Source: Haliotis rufescens (lineage: Eukaryota). Taken from it: 64,000 nt of DNA. The stretch is from contig NW_025963868.1 of the NCBI RefSeq assembly GCF_023055435.1, positions 13,578,001-13,642,000 of the forward strand, read 5' to 3'. Made by a program: the position numbers and the translations under genes. Below are positions 38,520 through 52,100 of this stretch, piece by piece. Every line of letters begins with the position of its first letter. Position 1 is the first letter of the stretch. The notes below the pieces were generated by a model, which was given only the letters and a program-made list of their open reading frames with translations, was not told where the DNA came from and made no database searches.

Positions 38520-39410
38520 TCAGACATTTTAATGTTCATCGAAACACAATATCATCTGTTTGGAGATGTTGTCAACAGCAGGGTAACACTCATGACTGGC
38601 CACGGGCCGGTCGTCCACGTGTGACGTTACGTCAACAAGACAACCATATTCGGTTGGTGCGTCTACGGAAGCGATACCAAACTGCCACATTACAGCTCGG
38701 ACATGTCCTGGGTTGAGTGGCAAGGCCGTACGCAACCGGTTGAGGGAGCACATCATCCGAACCCGACGTCAAGCGATACGCCCAGGTTTGCTTGTCACCA
38801 CCAGGCACGCCTGTCTTGGCGTAGACAGCATCTGAGGTTAGGTAGATAAGACTGGGATAGTATACTGTTCACAGATGAGTCCAGGTTTAATCTTGACAGC
38901 TCTGATGGTCGTACAGGGGTCTACATGCGTCTGTTTTAGCGACGTTTGGGTCACTCAACGTCATCAGTTTGGGGGTAGAAGTGTAATGGTATGGGGTGGC
39001 ATCACAACTCATGGGAGAACACAACTCACCATTGTTAATGGCAATGTGAATGGCGTACGCTGCCGGGACGACATCGTTCGAGATAATGTTCGACCCTTTG
39101 CGCCAATGCAGGGACGTAACGTCACGTTACAGCAGGGTAATGCCCGCCCACATGCTGCACGTGTTGTAACAGACTTCTTGAGGCAGCGTAACATTGCTGT
39201 ACTGCCATGACCGGCTATTTCTCCAGACCTCTCCCCTACAGAACATGTCAGGCATGAGATGGTAGGACGCCTACGACAGGACAAGAATCAACTGGTAACG
39301 CTAGCTCGGGCCAATCTTTTGTTGACATTTGGAACAACATCATCCAGGTTGTTTTCAATCCTCTGGTGTCTGTATCAACGCAAATGGTTGTCACACCTGA
39401 TATAGACATT
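38520..39410 (+). mobile_element. Decayed Tc1/mariner transposase
   Basis: HTH-like RHFNVHRNTIS, GRPRVT, FTDESRFNL, GGRSVMVWGGIT, QQGNARPH and *PAISPDLSPTEHV with stops and frameshifts. Confidence 0.9.
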
Positions 39411-39767
39411 GTTAATTGAGTTGTTACACCCCCTCCACCTTTTGGGACGTGTCGCTCGGTCTTCTGTTACCAGGTATGGGTTTTGTTAATGAATTTGTTA
39501 TAATAAAACATTGATGAGACGAATGACCAAATATTATGTTGTTATTTTCAATTCCATACCATTTACACTACTCTATATAAAGCACAGTTTCTTTTTTTTC
39601 TCCTTGGTTCACATAACCTCGTAAATGCACACCCGGAAGAACTGGACGAATCGCAATCCCTGTACGTACTTCCAAATCTATGAAACATATTATTTATTCC
39701 ACCTTACAACAATAAATCGTTACAAGGGGTAGCAACCGGGGCCTATATAGTACCTTTTTAAAAAGAA

Positions 39768-39768
39768 C

Positions 39769-39860
<92 letters not shown>
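39768..39860. repeat. Compound (CAGA)n(CA)n microsatellite
   Basis: Directly visible. Confidence 0.97.
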
Positions 39861-40041
39861 GTACAAAATCCCAAACGTTTATCCAAAGGTATGTCAAAAT
39901 TACACATGCAATAATCTAAATATATACACAGCCAGTAATAGTTGTTGTAATAATAACTAGTTTATGTTGATCCGGTAGACGTTCATGTTAGCTGAAATGA
40001 AAATAATATGTTGTATCGAGAACACTCGCTCTACAGATATA

Positions 40042-40070
40042 CCGGAAGTTGTGGAACATCAATGGCGGCG
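40042..40070 (+). promoter_or_regulatory. Housekeeping-type promoter motifs (ETS CCGGAAGT; YY1-like ATGGCGGC)
   Basis: CCGGAAGT at 40042-40049 and AATGGCGGCG at 40061-40070, ~130-150 bp upstream of the PROSER3-like ATG. Confidence 0.45.
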
Positions 40071-40190
40071 GACTTGAAAACAAATCGCGATCAGTGAATA
40101 TGCATTTTCTGTAATTAGGTTATGTGGACACATCAACATGGCGTCTTATGATATTGAGAATCTCACAAGTTGTCTGATTCAATAAGGGCT

Positions 40191-43100
40191 ATGGGAATGG
40201 AAAGACTAACGCACAGATCAACGAAATTTGGGTGAGAATATTTCCTTCGTGCGATTGACAGGCCTGTGCTTGTTTCAACAGCTCTGAAGTGTCACAAAAC
40301 ATTAAAAGCATTCATATTTTTACCGGGCGCTGCGGCCTTACTGTCTCGCTACTGTATGCATATTCTTTGTAAATGACAAAAAATACGATTGCGAAAGTTA
40401 AACTATTTTCATTCAGCTGTTGGGGTCGTCGTCACAGGTCCTAGGCCTAAGAGAAAATACCCAGAAATGTGTATCCCCGGGTGACTTTCCGCTCACACAA
40501 ATATACCAGCTGTACACTATATATGCCTAAATCAGGGGTTTACATGATGCAGAAATGTGTGTCCCAGGTGCCTTTCCGCTCACACAAATATACCCCAGCT
40601 GTACACTATATATAATCCTAAATCAGGGGTTTACATGATGCAGAAATGTGTGTCCACTATGCACAAATGTTTGGAGTGGACGCAGAATAAATATAGTGCA
40701 TCCATCAGGATGCACAGTAATATCATTAGGACTGTATAAAAAATATTGATTATCGAAATTATCATCCATGGAAAGAAATGTTAATGATTATCAATACGAA
40801 ATTGTTGTCATCGATAAAAACTTTCATAAACTATTGTAATGAAATAAAGTTTAGATTTACTGAAACAGACCTGTTATTGTCAATTGTCGAGGACGGAAAG
40901 CACCTGTTTTAGTTATGTCGCAAATGTGCACAAAATAATCCATGCATAAATGTATCACTGCTCACCAGTTGTGTGAAATATGCTGATTTCTTTTGGGACT
41001 TTCAAGCACATTTGCTTATGGATACTTGTCTGATATTTATCAGTAATTGATCGATATTTAGTTTGCGGTTATTGATCTCTATGGTCTATATTGATAGCCA
41101 TCCCTAATATTCATAGTACCAAATTATTGACAAGAAATATAAAGGTCCTGTAATTATAGTAATTATCAAATCATACAGTACAGCACACTACCCCATTTTT
41201 GTAATTTACAGGACAGTCATATTTCATGTGAGGGCCCTTGAAATTAATTATTGGAAGCCTCCTGGGACTAGCGGCTAAAGTTACAGACAGTATTTATTTT
41301 CTGAAGCCTTGTCCAATTTATACCAGAACGAAACAGACTTAAATGTTAAAAAAAGAATTGCCAACAGTCGAAATAAAATTATTTTTTTTACACTGTTGTC
41401 ATTTTCTGATTGTGATTTTTTGTCGAACTTAAGGAACTGTTACTTTACTAGGCTTTAGTAACTAATTTGTTATTTGTTCTTGCAGTGATCCCTTTGGTCG
41501 GGACCCCCCTCCTAAAGCTTTTTACCATCCAAGTAAACAGAAAAAGTTGGGAAAGAAACAGAAAGAGGTTTGCAACTGAGTTACCATGGTTACAATTGTT
41601 ATTTCATTACTGTCACAGGGACTGCAGTGACACCATTGTTCAGCCCCAAGTCTACATTTCTCAAGACATGCTGTTATAGTTATAACTAATGTTATGGTTT
41701 TGTAGAGGTGACATGTATTTAACTGACAACAGGATCAATCCAGAGGAAGAGGCTTTAATTCTTATTCTAACACTATTGTATTGAATGCAATGTTAAAATT
41801 CAAAGTTAAAGTTAGAATTTTGAAAAATATCTATTAAAAAAATCCAAATTTTGAACAAATAAATGGTTCATCCCAATTTACCTGCCTGCCTGGGAAGTAG
41901 CCTACACTATATTTCCTCTTTATTTGAAGATTATTTAAAAAACTCAGAATAAACTTGAAATAAAATAATCAAAGTAACGAGAAAATAATTCAAATAAAGA
42001 GAAAATAATGGAAGTAACAAGAAAGTTTGAGTTTTTTAAATAAACTCAAAGTAACAAGTTAAAACTCGAAGTAGCGAGAAAATTATTGAAATAACAAATA
42101 CCAAAGTGGCATCTTTAGGCTTTCATTAATATGAACTACTATTAGCTGCACATACTAGACCAAAAAGAATTTTACTTAACTCAATCTTTGGAACAGCGGT
42201 TTAGGCCATAGACTGATGTTGACTGCTGAGAAATTGCCAATATATTCCCTCCTCCCCACCTTAAGGAACACAGTTCAAGCACATCAAATTTATGTTTCTG
42301 ACACTAACAGTGATCATTAAATTGTACAGATTACCCTGAGTCCAGCCCGTGATGGCAGCAAGGCTAGACGAGTCAGTCCGACAGAGGATATGTTCCTGAA
42401 AGGAACCAACATCTTCTCGGTGAAGACTCCTGCAGAGCGGAGTGACCACTCATCTCAGTTTGACGAATCCTGGCCCAGCAGTGACCGTCCCTCAAGTAGC
42501 AGGTAGTGATAAGGGGGCAGGGGAGTGGTATAGGGATCGGCGCCACGGTGCAACGGCGCCACTCTCTTTCTGGCCCTGAAAACTCCACTATGTGGTTCTT
42601 TGGCTAAACAATGGAGAATATTAGGAAGCATGTTGATGTTGAATTAGTAACGTCTCAAGTCGGAGAGAAACTTAGGAAAGTAAAAGATGGTCCAGCATAT
42701 GATAGAATGTGGTATTCCATATTGATTCAGGGGATCAGGTAGCCTAGAGGTTAAACTTAAAGCATTCGCTCGTCATGCCGAAGACCCAGGTTCGATTCCT
42801 GACATGGGTGCAATGTGTGAAGCCCATTTCTGGTGACCCCCACTGTGATATTGCTGGAATTTTGCTAAAAGCGGCACAAAACCATACTCACTCACTCATA
42901 TTGATTCAGCAGCATTACATATGAAATAAAAAAGGACCCACATGGAGGCTGTTTCAGGGCCTGGGCCTGGACGGGCGTGGCACTGTTCCCTGTACTACTA
43001 GGGGCTAGGCATAAATATCCAGGTCAAGGGTGGCACTGTCATCTAACATGCCACACATCGCTGTGCAGAGTTACTATCCTGGGCACGCCAGAAACCTATG

Positions 43101-46100
43101 ATTGAGGGTTTGAGTACCAGTTTGTCCTGATTATGTTTCTAGTTTGTCAGCACCGAACCCGTGCTTGTGGGTGTGACCAAAGTGATAAACGTCACTTCAG
43201 GCTTTTCTCCACATAAAGCTGACACACAGTGACATAACTGGAATACTGTTAAAAGCGGCATTATACCCAACTCTCACACACACTCACAAAAATATCCACA
43301 GTGCCCTGTGGGAGTTCCAAGTTAGAATAGCTCCCAAGCAATCTGTGCTGGTCAACTGAGTGACTTGGTTGACTTGTGTGTCATTGTACCCGGATATCTG
43401 GATCATTCCTTATTATGTCAGTCAGTGGATTGTCAGGTCCAGCCTGGTTTACATGTACTTACAGGCAACCGTCCTATAGCTGGAATGTTATAGCGTGGTG
43501 CAATAAGGTGAGGTGAGGTGAAATGGGGTTCAACATCGCTTCCAAGATTATTGCACTTATATTGCGACGGGCATGCACGTGTGTGTGGGTGTGGGTGTGG
43601 GTGTGGGTGTGTGTGTGTGTGGGTGGGAGCGTGGGGCTGCTTGTACTAGTCCGGACTGATGCCGATTTACAGTGCTAGCCCACTGAGATACCATGCCGCA
43701 GTTTAACATGAATACCCCACTCAGACACAGTATACTGACTCCGAGCCAACCAGTCCTTGTTTTAGACCCTTAATGCCGAGTGCCAGACAGGGTAACAACA
43801 AGTACCATCTTTTAACGTCTTTTGGTATGACGCGGTCAGGAATCCAACCCCGGACCTTCCGCTCTCCAGGCAGACGCTCTACCACAAGACCACGGAGGTG
43901 GTCCGTGTGGCAATAAACAACAAACAGACCGAACTCATCGGCAATATGGTCTGCTAAAGCATTGCCTTTTACAATGTCTGCTTAATGGTTAAAGTGACAG
44001 TCCACCGAGATGGGGGAAATTTGACAGATCTTCCTTAATGTTTCTTGTCTTGGGTTAATTTCGAACCCGGTGTTTATTTTTTCTCTTTAAACTACTAATT
44101 TTAGATCTAAGTTCTCCCAAATATTTCTCATTGCCTCAATTTGGGGCTGGCATTTCTGGTGTTGCTCATGATATCAACCATTGGTTTGTCTGTCCCTAAC
44201 TCATTTTTTCAGCTGTTGCGATGTTGCTGAAATATTGCGTGTTGCAGCGTTAGATAATGTTCACCCTCTTATTTGTAGAACTTTCCCTGACTGATGTATG
44301 ATATTTCTGTTAGTCCTGAGTCCGGGGGACATCGCACAATGCTGGACTCCCTCTCACAGCTAAAGTCAGCACTAGACAGGACGGACAGGCAGTCGGTTAA
44401 ATCCACTGATACCAGGACACAAACAAGGGAGACAACTGCAGAGAAAGGATATGTGCTACAGAGGTGAGACTCTTGTTTGGGTTCTGGGCAATTTTTCACT
44501 CAAAGCAGTAAGTTTGATACTGCTTTGAACAGCTTGTTAGTTGTTAAATGCTCTACTCAGAAATAGGCCAGCTATACGACGGCGGTCTGTAAGTAATCAA
44601 GTCAGGACCAGACAATCCAGTGATTGACATCATGAAAAGTCATCTGCACAGTTAGGATACAACAGCATGCTTCAACCAAGTAACCAAGTCAGGGACCTCC
44701 TCTGTGGGTAGAGCGTCTGTCCAGAGAACAAAGGTTGGGGGTAAGATCTCCGGCCGTGTCATACCAAGAAACGTTAAAAGATGGTACTTGTTGTTACCCT
44801 GCCTGGTGCTGGGCATTAAGGGGCTAAAAGAAGGGCTGGTCGGCTCAGAATTCATAAACTCTGTCTGAATGGGCATTAGTCTGAACTGGTACTAGCAGCC
44901 ACACATACACAGACACACTGGCTGTGAGGCTGAAAGCTTTAGAAATCTGAGTTTGTTCATGTATAATTTTCTATGTGTTTGTAACTTGTGACAGTTATCC
45001 CTTGTTTCATAATAATACTTATCAGCACAAGGAGCTCATATGTTTAAACTGTGATTTCTAAGTGTGCCCCTGAGGGATAGGGAACTCATCTTAACCATGC
45101 CATTGACCGTTAAAGACTTAAAGCAGTGAGAGTCTTCACCTGTGTTCACTTAGCTGCCCATACAACCTTGTCACATTGTTTGTAAATGTTAGTTTTTGGT
45201 CATGAGTGTCATATGGATAAGATTCTAAACAATATGGGTAACTCATTTTTAGATCTTATTAAAATCAGATCTAAGTTCCCGCTACCGCTACATAAAGTTC
45301 TAGGGACATCCCATTACGGGTCACATCAGAACGACCTGTCGCTAACTTTGACCAACCAATGAAATGACCAACAAGAAGTCGACATTAGCCAATCAGAAAG
45401 TACCTTTTGCTTGCTTTACAGCACTGGCATCAAATTGGCGATTTCTTTTCCACATTACACTTTGAAAAATATCCATTCAAAATTTGAAAACTAAACGAAC
45501 AAAAGAAAATTCTAGAATGTCTAATAGGTGACAGGGATTGTATGGCAGGACTACCCATCGGGCCATGGAAGATTAAATAGTTTAAATTTTTAAATAGTTT
45601 TCCTATTGATGGAAGAGATATTCGATGATTTTGACGGAATCAGCCTGTAACTTTCGTTTGGAATATCAGTGTTAACCATGTCGAGGTTTCATAATTAGAA
45701 AACACATTTAATTGTAACTTTTCTGATCTGGTCAGTGACGATTTCGGATGAAAGGTCTTTCTTTCATGACCTGTAATTGGTGGTGGAGAGAACGAAGATC
45801 TGCTTTTAATGAGATTTGTAGTTTTTGACTGATCACGCAAAATAGTGGTTGGACTTGAACTGTAAGTTCTTTTAGCCTCTAGTCCGTAGGCCAGAGTCTG
45901 GTACAACAGCCTGCCAGACTAGTGTCATCTCTTGTGGAAGATCAACTGGTCTAGTAATGTCTTTCTCACATGAATCTGTTGTCTAACAGTTAAAACTAAA
46001 GCATTCTGTTCAGCATTTGCTGCACCACACATTAAACACGTCATTGAAACGGAATACTAGTACTGTAAATCGTGAAATTAATGCGTCTCAAAAAAAGATG

Positions 46101-49100
46101 CGACCACTGTCCCCTAGCCAATAATGCGACTCAATATGAATGCGACACCCCTCTCCTCTCAAGCATCAGTGGATTTATTCCTTTAGAAAATGTCCTCTGT
46201 CAGGTTTACAGGAGAATCCTCACCTTAATCCAACCTTACAGTAATCCAATAACACACCAAATAGCACCGCATTTTAGCGCTGAGTAGAGTACTTCCGCTA
46301 AAGCAATACATGTGCACTGGCTCGTGCCGGCCTTTGACGTAGTCGCAAAGAACAAAGACACTGTGTTGCGTGGGTAGAGTCTGTCTGGACTTGCAGGTGG
46401 ACATAAGTTAGTAGAACTCTTGTCTTGACCCCAGCAGTGACAACTCAAAGGATGTAATTAGTGTTTGAATGACATTGTTTATATACTTGTTACCAGTGCT
46501 GCTCAATAAACAGTGATATGGAATACATACAGCGTTAGAAATTGGCACTAGTCCTGTAGTCCTTGCCAAACTGGCCAATAGTTATGGTATTTTTAAGGGT
46601 TTTGCTGTGTGTTATCATTATAAGGACTAGTGGACTAAATATGTTAGTTTCTACCCCTGATATAGTTGTTTGTTTTCAGCGTATGTCTAAGTTGGTATTT
46701 CTGCTATCCAAAATGTCTTATTGTTGATATAAATGCAATGTTTAATAATGCGAGCAAAGACCCCTCGCATTTTTCGCATTTAATTCACGTTCACGTTAAT
46801 TTCAAGATTTACAGTATTTGTAACTTAATGCAAACTTTTATCATGCCACTGTACAATTCAGAGGTACTGAAAACGTATTGCTATATGATATTTACAACCT
46901 TTCACATGATTTACCTTGTGTCTTCTGTGATACGAAGTATTAGAAACTAACTGTTAAAAATAGAAGTGGTATAGTCCACTATTCCTTAAGATGATAGCAT
47001 AGAGCAAAACCCTTAAAAAGGGCACATTTCTACTATTCAGTTTGGCAAGACCTGGGACTCTTGTACAAACGTTTCTTGTCAACTGCTGATGTGTTCTTGG
47101 ATATTTCAGTCTATATATTTAAAAAGTGTGTTAATGCAAATGAAGTGATGAGATGTAATTCCTAGTTGCATCCCTTCAGCGTATTCACATATTTATGAAC
47201 AGGTGACAACAAATGAACTTGGTCAATACAAATTTGAAATTTGAGATAAAACATCACTAGACCATGTAGACATGATAATTTACCAATTACCGGTAAATTG
47301 TATTTTCCTGTTCTGCTAGGCATTGATTTATATGCAGAGATTGAGATTACCTTGCTTATTGTCTTATAAACTAAGCCGGAAGCAGCAATCACAGCTGTAC
47401 ACATGTTTCTGGAATCTAGCTGTGATTCTTTTAAAAAGTACCCAATAACTTCAAAGAATTTTGGTATAATAATCAGAAGAAATGCATCTGAAACTATTAT
47501 TTTATCAGGAATTTTATATTCCAATGTCATGTTATTTTATTTTCAACTGTACTATATATTTTTTTAATAAATTAATAACTATAAGTGTAGCCCTTTGGTA
47601 CAGCTGATTGCTATTGCCGAATATTTGTACTAGAAGTTGACAAGAAACCTTTGCAGTCAGTACGGGAAGACAAAGCCATAAATAGACATGGGAAGTTTCA
47701 CTCTCCTACCCTTTCAAAATTATTTTTTTGGGAAATAGGATCAAAAGCACCTTGAAATAAAATGAACTAATTTTAGATCAAACTAATGGAGTGACTCCAT
47801 ATTAATGATCTTCGATTCTTTCAGCTACATTGATCGGTTTCGGTATGGAGTTCCAATGAGTCGTGCGGAGCGATCACAGAAAGAGGATTCCAACAGGCCA
47901 GATTTCTGGTGGCTAGCTCATAGCCCACCCACACCCAGCGACACCTCCACCCCCAAGGACGACCTCCACCCCAGGAGCAGGCAGTTCACAGACCAGGGGG
48001 AGAAAGGAGGGGTAAGCTCTGTCAGGACACATGTGAGGGGGCCATATTACTGCTGAAGTCTGCGGCCAAAAATATCAAAATTCTGCTTCTGCATTCTCTT
48101 GAGCTATTTTGCTTTTGTGAAATAGGTACATTTCTGCATTAATAGGACAATTCCGCAAAATATTCTGGGACCGCTTGTTGAGAGTAAAGTCAAGGGGAGG
48201 TAACTTGGGTTACGCCAGACAAAATTATTTCCCCTTATGCCATTGTTTATGATTTTGTCTTGTCATAGGAAACATTTGTGTAATTGGTATTAATCTACCT
48301 TAATATGGTGTAAAATTTATTGTTGACCATTAATGTAAATACAGGGTTTAAAATTTGTTTGGGGGAGTGCAGATGGCATGGGTAAAATCAAAATGGCACA
48401 GTTATAACAATGTCTACCCCTTCCCCCACAAAGGTAGGGGAGACATTGTTTTTGACCCGTTGGCATGGAGTCAGCATCAGTGTTCTTATCCTATTCAGAG
48501 AAGGTCTCAGACAACTCTAGGCTTTGTTTCCAGGCCATAAATCTCCCACTAATAAATATTTTTGCATTGAACTGTACATATGCTCAATTATTGCTTTTTC
48601 AGTTTTCCATTTTTCATTTTTTTAATTTGTCATGTTTCCATGGAAGCAAGTCTCAAACAAGTAGCGCTTGTTTCCCACCAAAACCCCTCTGTTAAAGAAT
48701 ATTTCTGCTTGAAACCATTATCTTTCTAGGCTGTAATTTTCTATTATTGTTTTTAGGATTTGCAAATACATTCCCAGTAACAACTTGAACTCATGTATCA
48801 CAAAAAGGGAGAGAGACACCTATGTTTGTCAGTAAAGCACATTCTAGTTAGTTCAATGTAGCTGATGGACACACCTAAATATTATGTATTTTATCTTGTG
48901 ATGAAGTATATAATACAAATCCAGTGATAAATGTTCTTTCACAAAAATAATCTGGACAAACTTGTAAAATGAACATTAGAAATGCTGTGACAATAAAATG
49001 AATTTGGGGATTCAGAAATTGAATCAGACGTTATTATTCTCAGATATTGGAATCTGAGAAGGGAGGCAACAACTTTCTTCATACATCTTTCTGTCATGAG

Positions 49101-52100
49101 CTTGTGCTGAAATTACATTCACAAAAAAATACATTTCCATCTCTGAAATAAGAAAACGCCCAGACTGAAAAATCATATCCTCTTTCTAAAATACCTGTAC
49201 ATGAGATTTTTCTCCAAATGTTGTAGATTGTTGGATCATTTGACTGGTACTAGTGTTTTAATTCTAGCTTTATTTGTAATGTGAGATTATAGCTCAAGTT
49301 AGTGCTTGTTTAAAATAATCCTGTTTTGGTAGTTTGAACTGGAATAGAATCTCTAAAGTGTACAAGTGTTGTTCTCTAGCCTACAAGGAGAGATCACACC
49401 GGGAGCGTGATGACGCTGCAGGGACTGTCGGAGCCAGCACTAGATGATGTCACGCGGAGGCTTCAGGAGCGAGCGGCCAGGCTGCTAGAAGAGAGGTCAG
49501 TGTGTCAGTTAAAAGCTGTCGCCATCTGAAGGACCGTCCGTGTGAAGTTTGTCAGTATCTCATTGCCATGTTTTTCTTGCTATCGCATGATACTGTTTAG
49601 TATTTGTTAAAGTATTGACTCGTCATCCAAAGAGCCTGGTCGGGATTCTGGTTTATAAGTCCCCAAGAACCTATGCTTGTTGTTTGAAACCATAAAATGG
49701 ATGTGTGGTCAGACTCAGTGACTTGTTGACTGTGTGTCATCATACCCCGATAATGAGTGTCGATTCTCATAATTTCAATTACTGGTTTGTCTGGTCCAAA
49801 CCCAATTATTTATAGCCAGCCATCATATAACTGGAAAAAGTTTCCTTTGTCCTGTGTTGCAATGACCAGTGTCCTATGTCCTGTAGGGCTGGCTATTTAT
49901 ATAGATTGTGGAGACTATATATTGATCAATTCTAGATAAATATCGGAAAAGTAAATTTAAGCAAATATGCAATAAAGTCCTAAAGGAAATCAATATATTT
50001 CACACCACTGGTGAGCAGTGACACATTTACTCAGGGATTACATTGTGGACATTGGAGATATAACAAAAATAGTTGCTTTCCGTCTTTGACAATTGACCTT
50101 GTTGACAATAACAAGTTTGTTTTGGTTAATCTAAACTTTTTTCATCACAATAATTTATGTAAGTTATTATCGATGACAACAATTTCATATTGATAAATCT
50201 TAATATTTCTTCCCATCAACAATATTTCTGAATATAGATCTTTTTAGCCAGTGCTAATGTCCTGTGCCCCGTGTCCCGTGTCCTGCAGTGTCCCGTGTCC
50301 CATGTCCCGTGACCTGCAGTGTCCTGTGTCCCGTGTCCTGTGTCCCGTGTCCTGTGTCCCGTGTCCAGTGTCCTGCAGTGTTCAGTGTCCTGCAGTGTTC
50401 AGTATCCTGCAGTGTTCAGTGTCCTGCAGTGTCTAGTGTCCTGCAGTGTCCCGTGTCCTGTGTCCTGTGTCCCGTGTCCAGTGTCCTGCAGTGTCCTGTG
50501 TCCTGTGTCCAGTGTCCTGCAGTGTCCTGTGTCCTGCAGTGTCCAGTGTCCTGCAGTGTCCTGTGTCCTGCAGTGTCCCGTGTCCTGCAGTGTCCAGTGT
50601 CCAGTGTCCTGTGTCCTGTGTCCCGTGTCCAGTGTCCTGCAGTGTCCCGTGTCCTGCAGTGTCCCGTGTCCTGCAGTGTCCAGTGTCCTGCAGTGTCCCG
50701 TGTCCTGCAGTGTCCCGTGTCCTGCAGTGTCCCGTGTCCTGTGTCCTGCAGTGTCCAGTGTCCTGCAGTGTCCCGTGTCCTGCAGTGTCCAGTGTCCTGC
50801 AGTGTCCAGTGTCCCGTGTCCTGTGTCCAGTGTCCTGCAGTGTCCAGTGTCCTGCAGTGTCCCGTGTCCTGCAGTGTCCAGTGTCCTGTGTCCAGTGTCC
50901 TGCAGTGTCCCGTGTCCTGCAGTGTCCCGTGTCCTGCAGTGTCCAGTGTCCTGCAGTGTCCAGTGTCCAGTGTCCTGCAGTGTCCAGTGTCCCGTGTCCT
51001 GTGTCCAGTGTCCTGCAGTGTCCAGTGTCCAGTGTCCTGCAGTGTCCAGTGTCCAGTGTCCTGCAGTGTCCAGTGTCCCGTGTCCTGTGTCCAGTGTCCT
51101 GCAGTGTCCAGTGTCCTGCAGTGTCCCGTGTCCTGCAGTGTCCCGTGTCCTGTGTCCAGTGTCCTTCAGTGTCCCGTGTCCTGCAGTGTCCCGTGTCCTG
51201 CAGTGTCCAGTGTCCTGCAGTGTCCCGTGTCCTGCAGTGTCCCGTGTCCTGCAGTGTCCAGTGTCCAGTGTCCTGCAGTGTCCAGTGTCCCATGTCCTGT
51301 GTCCTGCAGTGTCCTGCAGTGTCCAGTGTCCTGCGTCCCGTGTCCTGCGTCCCGTGTCATGTGTCCTGTGTCATGCGTCCTGTGTCCAATGTCCTGTGTC
51401 ATGTGTCCTGTGATTTGTTCTAGTGGGAGCAGCCTCCATTCCTCAGAGCCGGCAGTCAGCACTGATGGCCTCGGAACAACAAGTGGCACCATGGGCAGCA
51501 GCTTTGAGGAGATGCCGTACCGCCCGATGTTCACACGATTACATGGTGAGGGAGACAGTCTGACTAATGCTGATTTACATCTCTTGTGGCATATCAGAAT
51601 TTATTAATTGCACACAGCATTCAATTACTACGCTATTATTTGAATTGTTTGTATTTCATGTAAATATAACTACTGTGATGGCCAGGTCCAGCGCTAACAG
51701 AACCAAACAAGAAGAAGAAGAGTTTGACATTCTTCTAATGAATGTAAAAATACTCCTGAAAAGCAAACTTTTGAACAAAATAACACTTTTTCCCAACTTA
51801 CCTCAACTCATATCTTGCTCACTCACTCACTCCCTGCACTCATTTGGTATGACAAATTAAGTCATCAATTTGTTATACAAAATTTGTGCCTGAAGTTTAT
51901 GTCATAAGGAGACAGGTCAGGACATTAATATAGTATGTTCTTATCAGTGTTGAGTGCCTGTTGGTGTAGGTTGAGGCCCTGATGGTGTAGGTCAAGGCCC
52001 TGGTGGTGTAGGTCGAGGTCCTGGTGGTGTAGGTTGAGGTCCTGGTGGTATAGGTTGAGGCCCTGGTGGTGTAGGTTGAGGTCCTGGTGACGTAGGTCAA

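Noticed and set aside
50251-51607. Long Cys/Pro/Val-rich ORFs (447, 364, 325, 286 aa)
   Set aside because: Open in several frames and both strands because the satellite lacks stop codons; it lies in a PROSER3-like intron. Only 51424-51545 is a real exon.
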